Shown here one piece after another: positions 11,902 to 24,212 of a stretch of 30,624 bases of DNA. A model generated the notes under the pieces. It was not told the origin of the DNA. It did not search any database and worked only from the letters and a program-made list of their open reading frames with translations. Origin of the DNA: Albugo candida. Taxonomy: Eukaryota. The stretch is from positions 434,001 to 464,624 of the forward strand of contig JBDOQK010000024.1 of the NCBI GenBank assembly GCA_040437565.1. The letters are read 5' to 3'. The position numbers were made by a program, and so were the translations under genes. Every line of letters starts with the position of its first letter. Within the stretch, counting starts at the first letter, position 1.

Positions 11902-12518
11902 TTTCCTGGTCGTGCGGAATCTCAACGTCGACTGAGGAAGCCTCTGTAGGAGTAGTAAACGGATCGATCAGAAACTTGCGACAAGAATTAAAACACAACA
12001 GAATACGTCGATGCGCACGTTGCGTGTGAGGGGTTTCTGCTAAAGAATGCGCTTAGACAACCTCATAAATTAATATAGAGCTTTTAGTCTATGCNNNNNN
12101 NNNNNNNNNNNNNNNNNNNNNNNNNNNNNNNNNNNNNNNNNNNNNNNNNNNNNNNNNNNNNNNNNNNNNNNNNNNNNNNNNNNNNNNNNNNNNNTTTGGA
12201 TCGCCATCAGCTCTGACCAGGAACTCAATCAGCTGTTCCCGAGAGACTTTTTTCTTCGCTTTGGACGGATTTCCCATTATCACACTTTGTAAGACTTCAA
12301 TCACATTATCGTCAATTTTGTCCATTTTCCTGGTCGTGCGGAATCTCAACGTCGACTGAGGAAGCCTCTGTAGGAGTAGTAAACGGATCGATCAGAAACT
12401 TGCGACAAGAATTAAAACACAACAGAATACGTCGATGCGCACGTTGCGTGTGAGGGGTTTCTGCTAAAGAATGCGCTTAGACAACCTCATAAATTAATAT
12501 AGAGCTTTTAGTCTATGC
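11771..12518. other. Assembly gap (N 12095-12194) with 324-bp duplicated flanks
   Basis: 11771-12094 is repeated at 12195-12518. Confidence 0.9.
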
Positions 12519-12532
12519 ACTGCTTTGATAGG

Positions 12533-14393
12533 TTATAATCGCCGTCGCTTATGGGGACTCTCATCTGTGGAAGCTGTAGGGACGATTTCTACTGTTTCCG
12601 GTGGGCAAGTCTTTTTGCACGTACCAATGATAAAGTGCTCTGCTGTTTCTTCGTCGAATTCGCAATGAGAAACGTGTAATTGGCACTGGAAATCTTGTGA
12701 AAAATCCTCAATCAACACGATCGTGTCATGACGAATACCACTTCCAGGTAAAGCGGACAGAACTTTGTCCAAATGGACAGATAATGATGCTTCAGCACAC
12801 TCGCCTTCCTCGTAAATCGTACTTGCGCCAATTGAGATTGTCGGCTCATTCATACCCAATTTGCCTTTTAGCACTCGACTGATGAATTGACGCAAAGTTG
12901 TACGTTCCGTGTCGATCGCTAGGTCGGTCACATGCTGGCTGCATGCAAGGCAGGATGTGTTTGGTGGTGACAGCTTCACTGGATTCAAAAGAACTCCTCT
13001 GGAATCCCACATTTGGTTGCAATAAGTATAATGACATGCTTGACTGATCGGCTCATGACCTTGTAGGATTCTGAATGCTTCCAGAACTTGAAGACCTGCT
13101 ACGATGGCATTTGTGGTCGCAATTGCAGGAACGATGTTTCCTGCGATGCCCTTACAGTTGAAAAACGAAACTCGTGGTATATTGAATACCGCTGCTCGAA
13201 GATTGGCTGCAGCTGTGATAAACTCCATAGCTAGTGAATCATCTTTATCAAACTCAAAAATACCCAAGTGTTGGCGAGTCGCTTCTTTGTGGAGCATACG
13301 CACGATACAAGACTGGAAATATTCCACACACATGGAAAGGGACCAAATGTCTCGTGGGTCTTGTTCTCCCGAAACGGTGGGTTCTGCCACTTGACCTGAG
13401 TTATACAATCTATTTCGCTCAGATAAAAGTGCGATGTCAACGATATCCTCAAGTACCAACGGATTTGGAGTTTTCTCAGCTGTTTTGTACAGATTCATCT
13501 CAATCTTCTTTTTGATTTCATGTTCGAACAAACCTCGAAACACACCCCAAGCGTACTGTTCGCAAACTTGTATATCATCAAAATCCATGGAGATAGAACG
13601 CGTCACAAGTGGCATAAATGTGGATGTTTCATGGCCATTTGGATCTTCCCATAGCATCGAGTCTTCCATTTTACCAAATAAAAGTTTATAACATTCTTTT
13701 GCCCACACAATGCAATGAACTATTTTGTCTGGCGTGCTCCGTATCGTACAAATCGGATAGACTTTTGATGTGATTTTGGGTGTGCATTCGTAGCATTCCG
13801 TCTCACCTTTTCTTATAACCGAAACTTGACCCAAGTATCCTGTTGTACCGCTCTCAATAAGCGGGATATTCGTAGACAAACACAAACGATTCACGTGCTT
13901 CCTTGCATCGATGTTATCGAGTGCATTGAATACCAAAGAAAACTCTTTGAAAAAAGGGATCCCAAATTCACTTGACTTTACGTTCTTATAATGTGCTTGG
14001 ATCTTTGCGTTTGGATTGAATGAATTGACGACTTCTTTCGCTATCATCGCCTTACTTTTTGTCACATGTTTCGATCGGAACAAGAACTGCCGATTGAGGT
14101 TTGAGACGTCGATAGTGTCCAAATCGATAATGTGTAGGTTTATGAATCCACTAAGCACCAGATTTTTTAGCAGCTCACATCCTATCGAATAGCGCGTAAC
14201 TCGAATTCAATGTGGATCACTCAAGTAACAGGTAGTGGCGACGATTTACCGATTCCGCCAGCACCAACAACGAGAATCTTTGCATTTTGTATTGTATTGT
14301 ATGTTTCCTCTCCCTAATACATCACGCATTTCAGTATCTCGTCAGTTCGTTCAATTTAACACGTACCAAAACTTGCTTTAGATGAGCGGTCAT
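12533..14393 (-). CDS. UBA2: SUMO-activating enzyme subunit 2 (E1); 3 exons
   Basis: MTAHLKQVL|GEETYNTIQNAKILVVGAGGI|GCELLKNL, DLDTIDVSNLNRQFLF, NALDNIDARKHVNR, Zn ligands CYEC and CLAC, catalytic YPICTIRSTP, FEFDKDD, AGNIVPAIATTNA and a C-terminal basic NLS HKRRRL. Confidence 0.95.
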
Positions 14394-14532
14394 AACGACA
14401 GCAGAGATACCGGTAGAAACAATATCGCTACAAGTCAAAGTCTAATTATAATTATGAGGACGGAAGACCGCTTCAATCTTAGCCACAAAAGCTGCTTCTT
14501 ACGACCAAATGTGATACAGTATAACGAATATA

Positions 14533-16044
14533 ATGCTCAAACGACCACAACAGCCAAACGCTTGTTTTGATGAAGTAAGAACCGCAAATTCATCGCATAT
14601 TCTCTTACAAAATTATCGCAAAAGAGTACATGTCGGAATCACTAATTTGCAACAGAATTCGATTCATGATACATATATACGCGGCGTCAATCGTGATGCA
14701 GACTGGTCTTTGGGACGTTCCGTCTTAGCAAAAGAGTCCAGAGCGTTTGCATATTCACAACAGCTTCATTGGGAGGGGAATGAGCGAGAAGAATGTGGAA
14801 TGAACAAGGAGAATGTTCTGATTACTGGGGCTTTTTCATCGCATAAAAGGAACTTGTTATGCGCAGATGAAGTATTGCATAAGAGTTGTGAGACTCAGAG
14901 AATGGAAACACCAGAGATCGGTAAAAGTGGTTTGAAAGATTTGGGAGAGCAGCACATGTCGAATGAATTGGGGTATCCCCAGCAGAGAAATGCGGTTGTG
15001 AAGCTGTCTTATTCGACACAAAATAGACAATTGTCCAGACCGGTTGGAAATATCATTGACGCAAACAGCGGAAAAACAAGAGGCTTTCTGGCTTGCAAAG
15101 ATAAACCGTATTGGAAGGAAGTGAATACACAGATGACAGGTGAACTAGCCCAGATACATAGTGGAGCGTCGAAGGAATTTCATGCAAGAGATAAGATGAA
15201 TATCACGGGTCAACTCGATGAGTCTGGGAACGGAATAGGCTCACTGACCATGATTGACCGAAATCGAAGCATGATACTGGCATCTTTGCAAAACATTGCC
15301 AAAAGTCCCATTGTGCCTACCCAAACAAGAATCATCAAGGAACAAGAAAAGCTTCTCGCCATTCCACATGAAGAGTCCAAAGTGCTTGACGTCACTAATC
15401 ATGGCTGTTTACAGGAAAACTTGAGTAAAAGAACGGCGAAACACTTCACTTATCCCAAACTTTCCAAAGTGAGTGACACAAATGGTTCAGAGGTTTTATC
15501 AACCAATATCCATTCACGAACATTGCATTTTGGTGGCAAGAGATCTTCAACTATCAAATTACCCGTCGTCGTACACGACCACATTGATTTTACCCAAAGC
15601 AGCGATATGTGTCCGACTCAGAATACCTGTGACTCTAATCAGTATCAAACCACCAATTCAGAAGTGTATAGTCCGATTTACAAGGCAAACGATGCACGAA
15701 TCCTGTATAGGACTTCAGTATCCACGGCGACGTCAGAGTTTGAGAAGAGGAAGGACAAGATCGATGCACGATATGCTCGTTCTTTTCAGACTTTAGCACA
15801 ACACGACCAAGCACGTATTCAAGAAGAGAAAGCTGCCTTAATCAAGGCCGAAAGAAGGTCACGATATCATGCTTCTTTGAATTATGACTATCTGAATGGA
15901 TGTTACACAAAGGAACAAAAATTAGATCGAAGAAGCCAACAGATGCAGAAGAAACATGGCGGAGACTCATTTCTTCGAATGTGGGCGGGAAGTGCAGAGT
16001 CTCCATTCAACGGAAGCAAGAGTAGCGCTTGTGCAAAAGACTAG
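14533..16044 (+). CDS. Uncharacterised 503-aa protein, mostly polar/disordered, with a charged helical C-terminal region
   Basis: Long uninterrupted ATG-initiated ORF, head-to-head with UBA2 (139 bp apart). No recognised domain. Confidence 0.75.
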   Translation: MLKRPQQPNACFDEVRTANSSHILLQNYRKRVHVGITNLQQNSIHDTYIRGVNRDADWSLGRSVLAKESRAFAYSQQLHWEGNEREECGMNKENVLITGAFSSHKRNLLCADEVLHKSCETQRMETPEIGKSGLKDLGEQHMSNELGYPQQRNAVVKLSYSTQNRQLSRPVGNIIDANSGKTRGFLACKDKPYWKEVNTQMTGELAQIHSGASKEFHARDKMNITGQLDESGNGIGSLTMIDRNRSMILASLQNIAKSPIVPTQTRIIKEQEKLLAIPHEESKVLDVTNHGCLQENLSKRTAKHFTYPKLSKVSDTNGSEVLSTNIHSRTLHFGGKRSSTIKLPVVVHDHIDFTQSSDMCPTQNTCDSNQYQTTNSEVYSPIYKANDARILYRTSVSTATSEFEKRKDKIDARYARSFQTLAQHDQARIQEEKAALIKAERRSRYHASLNYDYLNGCYTKEQKLDRRSQQMQKKHGGDSFLRMWAGSAESPFNGSKSSACAKD

Positions 16045-16212
16045 ACACTCTTTTGCTTGGCATAGAGTAAGGTCTCTGCTGAGCTTTGCAGAAACGTTAG
16101 GCTTGTCCATTGGAGGAAGCTGGTATCGCACATCTGGACGAGCATTGATGGTACATAAGTTCAGTCTGCGCGTGCTCCCATGAATATATGTAGTCGATGC
16201 AAAAATGAGCGA

Positions 16213-17056
16213 TTACTTTATGATATAAAGCACGAAGAAAAGCACAAATGCGATTAGAATCGCGGCAGAGCGGATGTAAAGAGTACACGATGAGACATCA
16301 TGATCAAGAGGATGAAGAACATCGCTGCGCCACATAACCACCATTATGCTCACTAAAGTCAAAATTCCGATAGTGAGACCTGAAAGTGCCAGCATCAGCT
16401 ACGGAAATGATCCGTGTGGGAATATTTGCACATAATTCAAAAATGGTTCACGTACACATCTGAAAGACTTTTGTTCACGATTTTTATCAGAGGGCTCGTT
16501 CCTGGTACTCGGAATGAATGCTTCATGGCTGGATCTATACTTGATAGCGTTCATCTCCTTCACGACGGCTACAAAGATCAAAGTTGAGAGGAAGTCAGCG
16601 ATGAAAGGAGCACATATACAGCGAATTTGGAGTAAGAGATTGAATAAAAAGATATTTTAACAGAACAAATAGAAGTCGATGGGTCTGATAAATGAATTTT
16701 CTGGTCAAGATGGCGACATATGTCTGCTTTGCGCTGTAATGTAGACTACCCGCGTCCCATAAGTGGATCGCATGAACCCACGATACACCAATTGACATAC
16801 CAAGCAGCAGCATAATCACACATTGATGCCACTGCTCTAGCCGAGATCGATTCATACTTTCATTAAAGTCGGCAGCTCTGGAAGATTGAGTCGCACTAAT
16901 GTTGGCTGGCTCCCCCGTGCGCTGCCACACGTACTGAATCTCAGCCGTCGTAGAAGACTTGTTTCTTTGTCTAGAGTCATTGCGGGCGAGATATAGACGC
17001 TGTAGGAAGCACTCTATCTGCTGTTTCGACCAGGACTTGTGTATCACGGTGCTCAT
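16213..17056 (-). CDS. Small multi-pass (about 4 TM) membrane protein, possibly TMEM237-like; tentative 3-exon model
   Basis: The 153-aa ORF (two hydrophobic segments) can be joined in frame to the hydrophobic 16213-16398 exon (LMLALSGLTIGILTLVSIMVVMW...IRSAAILIAFVLFFVLYII) via GT-AG introns 16569-16619 and 16399-16540. Confidence 0.55.
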
Positions 17057-17358
17057 TGCGAAAAGATGAGTCCGTAATGCAATGACCGCACGGAGCGACC
17101 GTTTATGGTCTCACACGCCATCAGGATGTAAAAAAAACCAAATATCTAATTCTCATGGATTGCTGCATTGCCACATCCATCAGATTCACTCATCAGCTGC
17201 AAAGCCACTGCATTGGAGTGATGGTTATTTGTTATCGACATAGTCAAGTTTTCGCTCAAAGCTTTTTATTCCCACACAAAAACATTCCTTCCTATTGGAT
17301 CCTTCAGCACATACAATGAGATTCTACTACTCGATTCGGACACTAGAAAAAGGATCGC

Positions 17359-20300
17359 TCATACCGTTCCATATTCTGAGCTGCTCAGATAGCAGACTCT
17401 GTGTGCGTTGGCTTCATTCAGTTCCTCTAGGGTCATAGGAAGCGAAGAAGAATCTTGTAGATTCCCACCACCACTTTCGTTGACTGGTAGCATAGAAACC
17501 GGTGTAGATACACCGCTTATGCCATATTTGCGCAAGGCTGGTTCTCGATACAAGTCGCTTTCGCATTGACGATTTGTGGAATGAGTTTGATCAGGATGGC
17601 TGCTGAGACAATTCCAAGGGTGAGAAAGCAGAAACGTTGATTCGTGAGCGTCACTAAAGTTATTGGTTGTCCTCGCCTTGCTTGCAATCGTCGATGCGTT
17701 TAATGCGCCCTCCTGTATACGACGGTCCTCGCTCTCGTGAGCAGAATATTTTTGAGTTCTTCCGTATGATCGCTCTTTGTCTTGTATGTACCAAAACAAT
17801 GCCACAATGTAGGTTGTCATCAATAGTATTAAAATACAGGCACTCTGCATTCTGGTAGCACGAACAAGAAAGAATCCTGCCATTGCAGCCTGATAAATGA
17901 GCAGTGACCATGTCGTTGCATGCATGGATGTTCTGGCGATGCTTCCTCGTCCTTTGATGCGTGGACGCACGTAGAGAAGTTGATACTTGTCAGAGGCGTG
18001 TTGAATCATGATATAGAGAACACCGACAGGCACAACCAGTGGCACTACTGTGCTAAAGGTCAATATGATTGTCAGCATACTGATTTGAACAGCCGATTGC
18101 GTTCCAATGTAGAATGGAGAAGCTTCAACGGCGGTACAGTGCTCTTGAATTGTCAAAGCTCGGGGGTTTTCCCACGCAAATCGAACGTACTCGCCAATTC
18201 GGAGTAAATTTACACTTGTGCCGATGAAACACCNNNNNNNNNNNNNNNNNNNNNNNNNNNNNNNNNNNNNNNNNNNNNNNNNNNNNNNNNNNNNNNNNNN
18301 NNNNNNNNNNNNNNNNNNNNNNNNNNNNNNNNNTGCTGACAATCATATTGATTTGAACAGCCGATTGCGTTCCAATGTAGAATGGAGAAGCTTCAACGGC
18401 GGTACAGTGCTCTTGAATTGTCAAAGCTCGGGGGGTTTCCCACGCAAATCGAACGTACTCGCCAATTCGGAGTAAATTTACACTTGTGCCGATGAAACAC
18501 CGTTGTAAGATATAACTCACGTAGAATATCCCTGAATTGCGCAAAAATAACATCCCCAACATATCCAGAAGCTGATCAGCTGAGTCGCGAAGATATAGCA
18601 ATGCTGCATCAATGGAAACGAACGCGAGGCTGGGAACAAATAGGGTATTGAAAATCAAATATATCACAGACAGACGTAAAACTGTCCGCTCTTTGTCTGA
18701 CTCCGTCGCAATCGGCTGAATCCGACCTGCAAATTGTAAAATATTCAGTAGCACTGAATTGATCATGATAAGAATCAACGTTGGAAAGAAGGAAATCATC
18801 AATTTTGCAGCATGATAAGAGACGTAGCGATCCACCAAATCACTCAATTTATCAAATACTTCGGAGACAAAATCCACTTTGGAATGTGCTGCTGCTGGTG
18901 CGGTGCCTGATATTGTCGATGTCACCGCGACAGGTGATGTGAATAGAAACAGGATAAGCAAAATGCATACATTCACAGCAGTGAACACAATTGTTCGTTT
19001 TGCAAAAGGATACGAAACACTTTGCCAATCAATATCATCAGGCTCAGGTGCCGCTTGCAAACTCCATCGAGTCAGACCTAACTCACGAGCATACCGATTC
19101 AAACGATGAAGTAAATGATCTGGAAATCTTGACAAAATTGATGCGATGGAGCTGTGCCGAACTCGACGTACGAAACGAGCACGGTGTCGAGGACTTCGGA
19201 AAATTAGGAACGCTCGACCAGCCCCTCTATTCTCACCAACAATGTGCTGAAGACAATCCTGCTCAGCAGCACGGAGCATGCTGATCTTATTTTCCAAACT
19301 GCGTTCGTTTTCTTGGAATTTCCTGATTGCCAGTCGACGCTTTTTTTTTGAATTTCTGTTGGACGAGCATAAGATTTGACGTAATGCTGGCATGCAAAAA
19401 AATCCAGACAATTTAGGCAAAATCAAAGTTCCTGGCAAAAGATAGAGTGACCACGATAGTGGACGTCCATCAATATAGTGCTGGTGAAGAGCACGTTGCC
19501 TTTCAAGTTCTTTCTCTGTTGCCTGCAATTTCCGTTGGATATCATGAAACTCGGACAAGTTGTATACGATTGCAACATCCTCGAAATACTTTGGAAATAC
19601 TTGCTGCAATAGATACAGCATTCGTTTTTCTCTCAAATGCCGGGGAATACCATGATCCACAAACAAAGAACGCGAGCTAAGTGCAGATGGTAGCATTCCG
19701 ACCAAATGCTGACGATTACTTCCATTCTTTCCTCTACTTTCATCAACTGTAGCGTCCAATTGACTGCATTCGGTTGGAGCTTTAGATGTGGACATCGACG
19801 CCATGTTCGTTGTTGTCATGTCTGTTGCTGCAGACAGTTCCGGATTGTATGCTGTATTGGACGATGGAACGTGACATAATTGACTGAGGTTACGACAAAA
19901 GACGAAAAAAGCGAAGGTGAACAAGTAACAACAAATTACAGGAATCCATAGGTACACAGAGCCGTTTGGGATAGACCGAATTGTCGTATGGCCAAATGTC
20001 CAATCTGTGTAACTCGAGAGGGATGCATCAACGGTAGAATTGTGTGTGGAATCGTGGGAGTCATCAACGACACGTTTACGTCCCACATACATGTATAGTG
20101 GAAAGAGAACTAACATCGCGAAGAAGCTCAAAAAAATCAGAAACTTGGACATGTAGACTTGACATAGGAGATAAAACGATGCTTCAGGTCCGAGTTGTAG
20201 CTCAACTTGAGTCGGATGATTTCCATTTTGTACGAGCGGAGATTTCCAAAGTAAATTGTACCAATCATGCAAAGTGAATACAAAAGAGTTTGGACTTCTA

Positions 20301-20563
20301 TTCAGTGACTGAATTCCTTCTTTTTCTTCACCCTTGCCACTTTGTGGGAGTGCTTGGAATTGGAATAAGCTCACCCTCGTACTGTTGGCGTAATATTGGA
20401 ATACTAGAAAGCTCATGACGAACACCACGATGTTGATTACAAGGATATAGCCCAGACCATGCCAACCCATGGCAGCGTTTCTTACCATGTCGTCGTGATA
20501 ATTTACACGCCAAATGCTTGCATGGTGTGAAGAAGAGGAACTATCGTTCGCTCCGTAAGACAT
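17359..20563 (-). CDS. OSCA/TMEM63 (CSC1-like) mechanosensitive/osmosensitive cation channel, ~978 aa
   Basis: N-terminal TM, LGPEASFYL, LVLFPL, SSRSLFV..IP, GRAFLIF, QAAPEPDDIDW, FFPTLIL, FYVSYILQ, FSTVVPLVVPVG, SDKYQLLYV. The 812-aa and 327-aa ORFs become one frame once the 268-nt gap plus duplication is removed. Confidence 0.92.
18081..18501. other. Assembly gap (N 18234-18333) with ~153-bp duplicated flanks
   Basis: 18081-18233 is repeated at 18349-18501 with one substitution. Confidence 0.9.
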
Positions 20564-23000
20564 ACCAAACGGAGCAGCAAATTATGATTAACCGCTCGTT
20601 GCTACGAATGGAAAATGGAATTTAATGACCAAATAAATGTACGGTACTGATATAAAGGTTTTTCACAATCAATCAGGAAATTTACATCGGTTTCAATGCG
20701 TTGCAAAAGAGTTCTCCTCCGCCCGAAAACAATCGATGGGTATGAGGTTTATATGGAAAACGAGTTTTTTCTGGCTCTACCCCATATCTATGGAATGTTG
20801 AACATTAACATACTTGACATATTACCTGTGAATTTTGCTGTCTATAAGCAAACTGATGCAAGATATCGACGCTGTAGCTGCCAAACCTATGCTTTTCACA
20901 CTTTGAATAGAACAAGATAGAGCAGAGGATCGGATTTGAGTAAATCGACTTTGAATCATACTTTAGAAGCAAAAAGATACCGCCTGCGATTATCGTCTAA
21001 ACTACATTTTGGAAAACTTCAGTCAAGTTTCCCTGGTTCGCTTAAGGAACCTCAAACTCAAGACATCACAGTGAAAGGAATTAGCCAGGATAAGAAGCTG
21101 AAATGGGGAGCGATAGCTTTTGTGATATTAAGAATTGAGGCAGGCTCGCAGATAAAGAAGAATAGCTACGGATGTGTCGTGACGAATACATTCGTTTATT
21201 CTGTCAGACTTAGTGCCTGAAAATGTCGGCATTTTTCGTTTCTATCTCAATAATGCTCACCTTACTAGACTATTAGCGAAGCATGAAAGTCAATTTGCAC
21301 CAAACAATTACCACAACTTTCCTTGTGGGCTTCCCTGTCCGACACCTGAGCCCTGCGATGAACTCGTTGGTCCATCCAATCTCTATCGCAAGCCGATGTC
21401 TGTTGGTGCTTCATACACCAGCGTCTCATAAAAGTAAAATCTCAGTAACAATTTCCGTTGGAGCGAATATTTCTCAGCATGACGAGAATTGTCGTTAAGG
21501 TTAGGAAGATCTCGGCACGGCTACGATCTGGTATCGGATCATAGAGAAGACGGTATAGTTCACGAGTCGATTATTACGGGAAATGAAGTTGCAAAGGTCT
21601 CCGACCGACAGTAAATCTACCAGATATTTGGCACAGAATGTAAAAGTCTTGACCAAAACTCGTCATCTCGACCATTATCAAGCACAGGAAAAGTTTACTT
21701 GAGCCATCGCGGAAATTTTGACCCGCTGATCAGTCTTCTTGCCCGTCGGACGGCAGATTACTTGTAATCTACTCAACTTTGAATGATCTCTGTATTAATT
21801 ACTCTATTTCCCTTGCTAACTTTCCATTGATTTTCTAGGAGATGAGTCCAGACCAGCAAAATTCCCATGTAGGTTCCTTTAAGCACACCAGGGTTTGGTA
21901 CCCAAGCTACTCACCACTAGTTCTGTATTGGTAAAATTGACTTATCAAGAGCTGGATTAAAAGCTGATATCTGCTGGCCATGACGTCACATAGCTCGTAT
22001 AATTGCTGAGCTTATGTGCACTCACTTCCTCGTTCAAACTTGTATGTGGCTGTTTTTATTATCGGATCATTTTCTAGCAGTGCTTCAAATGGTGTCATAG
22101 CCTTCCTCCAAATATTAATGGATGCTTTCTTTATCCTCAGAACAGAGATGCCTAACGATAGAGGTACTCGCAAATTCCTGGCTATTACGTGCAGAGCACT
22201 CTACATACTTATTCATATACGAATGCGACGCAATCCATTACTAAATGCTAAGGTCTAACGTGCCGCGTTCTGTTTGGGGCTTGTATCATACTTCTTTATG
22301 TGATCACGTCTACTACACCGAAATGAAAGGTCGTACATGACGCTAGCTCCCACACTATCAATTCGAGTGCCTACAGTCATTGCAACATATTCTTGAATTT
22401 CTTATTCCATGCATCAAGTCGCTTTCCTATTCATAAAGTACTGATATTTTCACCTCAAAACAATCGATTCGATGCTTAGTGAGGGCTACAGCTGGATAGT
22501 GCCTGCTCCAGAGATCTCGTTTTTGTGGTGTAAGCGAAAAAAATCAACCGTATGAAAAATTCAAAGTCTAAGTCAGAAAACATCTTTTTAATACAATTGT
22601 GTGAAGAATTGAAATTCTAACTCACAAAACTTCTCGCGAATATAACAAGCTGGGCGTGAACAGAGATAGCTCATGTTCTGATGCAGGGATGGATTTGCTC
22701 CTGCAACTCGCACTTAGATACTGAGTCTTCTTTATTGGTGTTCCCTGTATTCGCGAAACTGCATCAAGCTACATCAAACACCTTCCTATAGATTCGCAAA
22801 TATTGACAAGGCCAATTTATCCATGTCATTAAGAAATAGCGATCTTTCTTTACAGAAAGACAAATTAAGTTTGTTGCAGGTACATTTCTGTCTATTGCTG
22901 GCTTAGCGAAACAAAGAGTACGAGTGTAGCACAGAAGGAGCAAGAGTATCAGAATTATTTGCTATCGACACTTAGAATCAGGTAATATTTTCCGGGCGTC

Positions 23001-24167
23001 TTATTGAGCGCGAATCGTTTGTTGCTCTTGTGGTACGTACTCTTCAAGCCAGGAAATGACCTTTTGCTTAAAAGTACTTTTCTCTTGCTGTGGATGATCG
23101 GCAATTTTTGTATACAGTTGATGTTGATATAGTATTTCATAATCGTGGAATTTTTCGCCATTCGCAATACGTGCTCTTTGATTTTCTATTTCCTTTTCTG
23201 CTTGCCGCTCATCATTCGATTTGACAGAAACTGTCATTGAATCCCAATTAAATACTTTATTTGCCTTTGGATCAGCCTTTACAACCTTGACAGTATAATA
23301 CATGAATTCTTCTTTAGTCGCCAAACTGGGATCGAACATGAGCATTGTAGCCAAAATGTCGGCAGGGCAGAATTGTATGCCGTTTCCAAGATGCTCTGTA
23401 ATAGACTCAAGTTCCGTACCTTTCAGTAACTCTTTTAAAGCCTTGTCCCAAATCTCTTGTATAGTAATCAGACCTTTGAAAAGGGCATTGCTTTCCTTGA
23501 GTTGGGAAAGTTTTTTTATAAGTTCAGGAAAACTCCTTTCGTTCATACTGCCACGGTACATGCTCACCCGGCTAGACGATATGTGAATTTTTTTTTCCAG
23601 AGCTGTTACATTCATAAACTGCAGAGTGTGTTCTGGGTCTCGGAATAGGTTATACGATACACGAGAAGTACTAGGCTTCCAGCCGCCAGCCCAATAAATG
23701 CCGCGAATATTATCAAAAGTAGCTCCGCGATTTCTTTCCAAGTCGTACAGAACCATCGAAAGGTCCCTAAGAGGAGCAATGATCAAGATGGTGAACCTGA
23801 TGTTAGCATTAATCAGCTCCTCTTTGATTTTCTTATGAGATTCTGGATATATCTTATCAAATGGTTGATTTTTGTCACTATGACGCGAGTTCGCGCCATT
23901 CAATATTGTTACATCGATGCCCGCCGTGTCGAAAATTAGCTTGATAAACTTTTTTTTATCCTCAGTGGGCCATACAAGAATGATAATAACTCCATCCGCA
24001 CAAATACCCTTTCGATGGGGAGATTTTGCCATGAGAATCATTGAAAACATATCATCAGGTTCACCATCCGTTACCACTAGGCACTTGCTTTGTTCGCATT
24101 TGATGAGAGACATAAGACAAAGTGCCCATCCACACATAAGCTGGAATCGTAGCTTGAAACGAGCCAT
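23001..24167 (-). CDS. Secreted inosine-uridine nucleoside hydrolase-fold protein (388 aa), effector candidate
   Basis: Intronless ORF. The first true ATG (24167) gives a signal-peptide-like MARFKLRFQLMCGWALCLMSLIKC. NH-fold motifs follow in the expected order: VVTDGEPDDMFSMILM (DxDxxxDD-like), ILIIAPLRDL (cf. xGPLTNL), IRGIYWAGG (cf. IVxMGG), SYNLFRDPE (cf. EFNxxxDPE), PADILATMLMFDPSL (cf. HDPLAxAxxxDPxL). Confidence 0.8.
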   Translation of the reverse strand: MARFKLRFQLMCGWALCLMSLIKCEQSKCLVVTDGEPDDMFSMILMAKSPHRKGICADGVIIILVWPTEDKKKFIKLIFDTAGIDVTILNGANSRHSDKNQPFDKIYPESHKKIKEELINANIRFTILIIAPLRDLSMVLYDLERNRGATFDNIRGIYWAGGWKPSTSRVSYNLFRDPEHTLQFMNVTALEKKIHISSSRVSMYRGSMNERSFPELIKKLSQLKESNALFKGLITIQEIWDKALKELLKGTELESITEHLGNGIQFCPADILATMLMFDPSLATKEEFMYYTVKVVKADPKANKVFNWDSMTVSVKSNDERQAEKEIENQRARIANGEKFHDYEILYQHQLYTKIADHPQQEKSTFKQKVISWLEEYVPQEQQTIRAQ

Positions 24168-24212
24168 GGGTGTTGTAGAGATTGCAGTTGATATTGGGTT
24201 GTGTTTTCGAGC

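Noticed and set aside
12089-12349. Apparent second copy of the UBA/PDZ gene 5' end
   Set aside because: Part of the identical 324-bp gap-flank duplication.
17359-18342. Separate 327-aa membrane protein or frameshifted OSCA pseudogene
   Set aside because: It is the C-terminus of the OSCA gene; the frame break comes from the 268-nt gap plus duplication.
21310-21880. LINE RT-like words on the minus strand (GVGQGSPQG, TYMGILL)
   Set aside because: Wrong order for an RT and no YADD motif; probably chance.
24063-24120. Albugo CCG (CxxCxxxxxG)/CHxC or RxLR motif in the secreted protein
   Set aside because: CEQSKCLVVTDG has four residues between the cysteines, its Gly belongs to the NH motif, and no RxLR-dEER follows the signal peptide.
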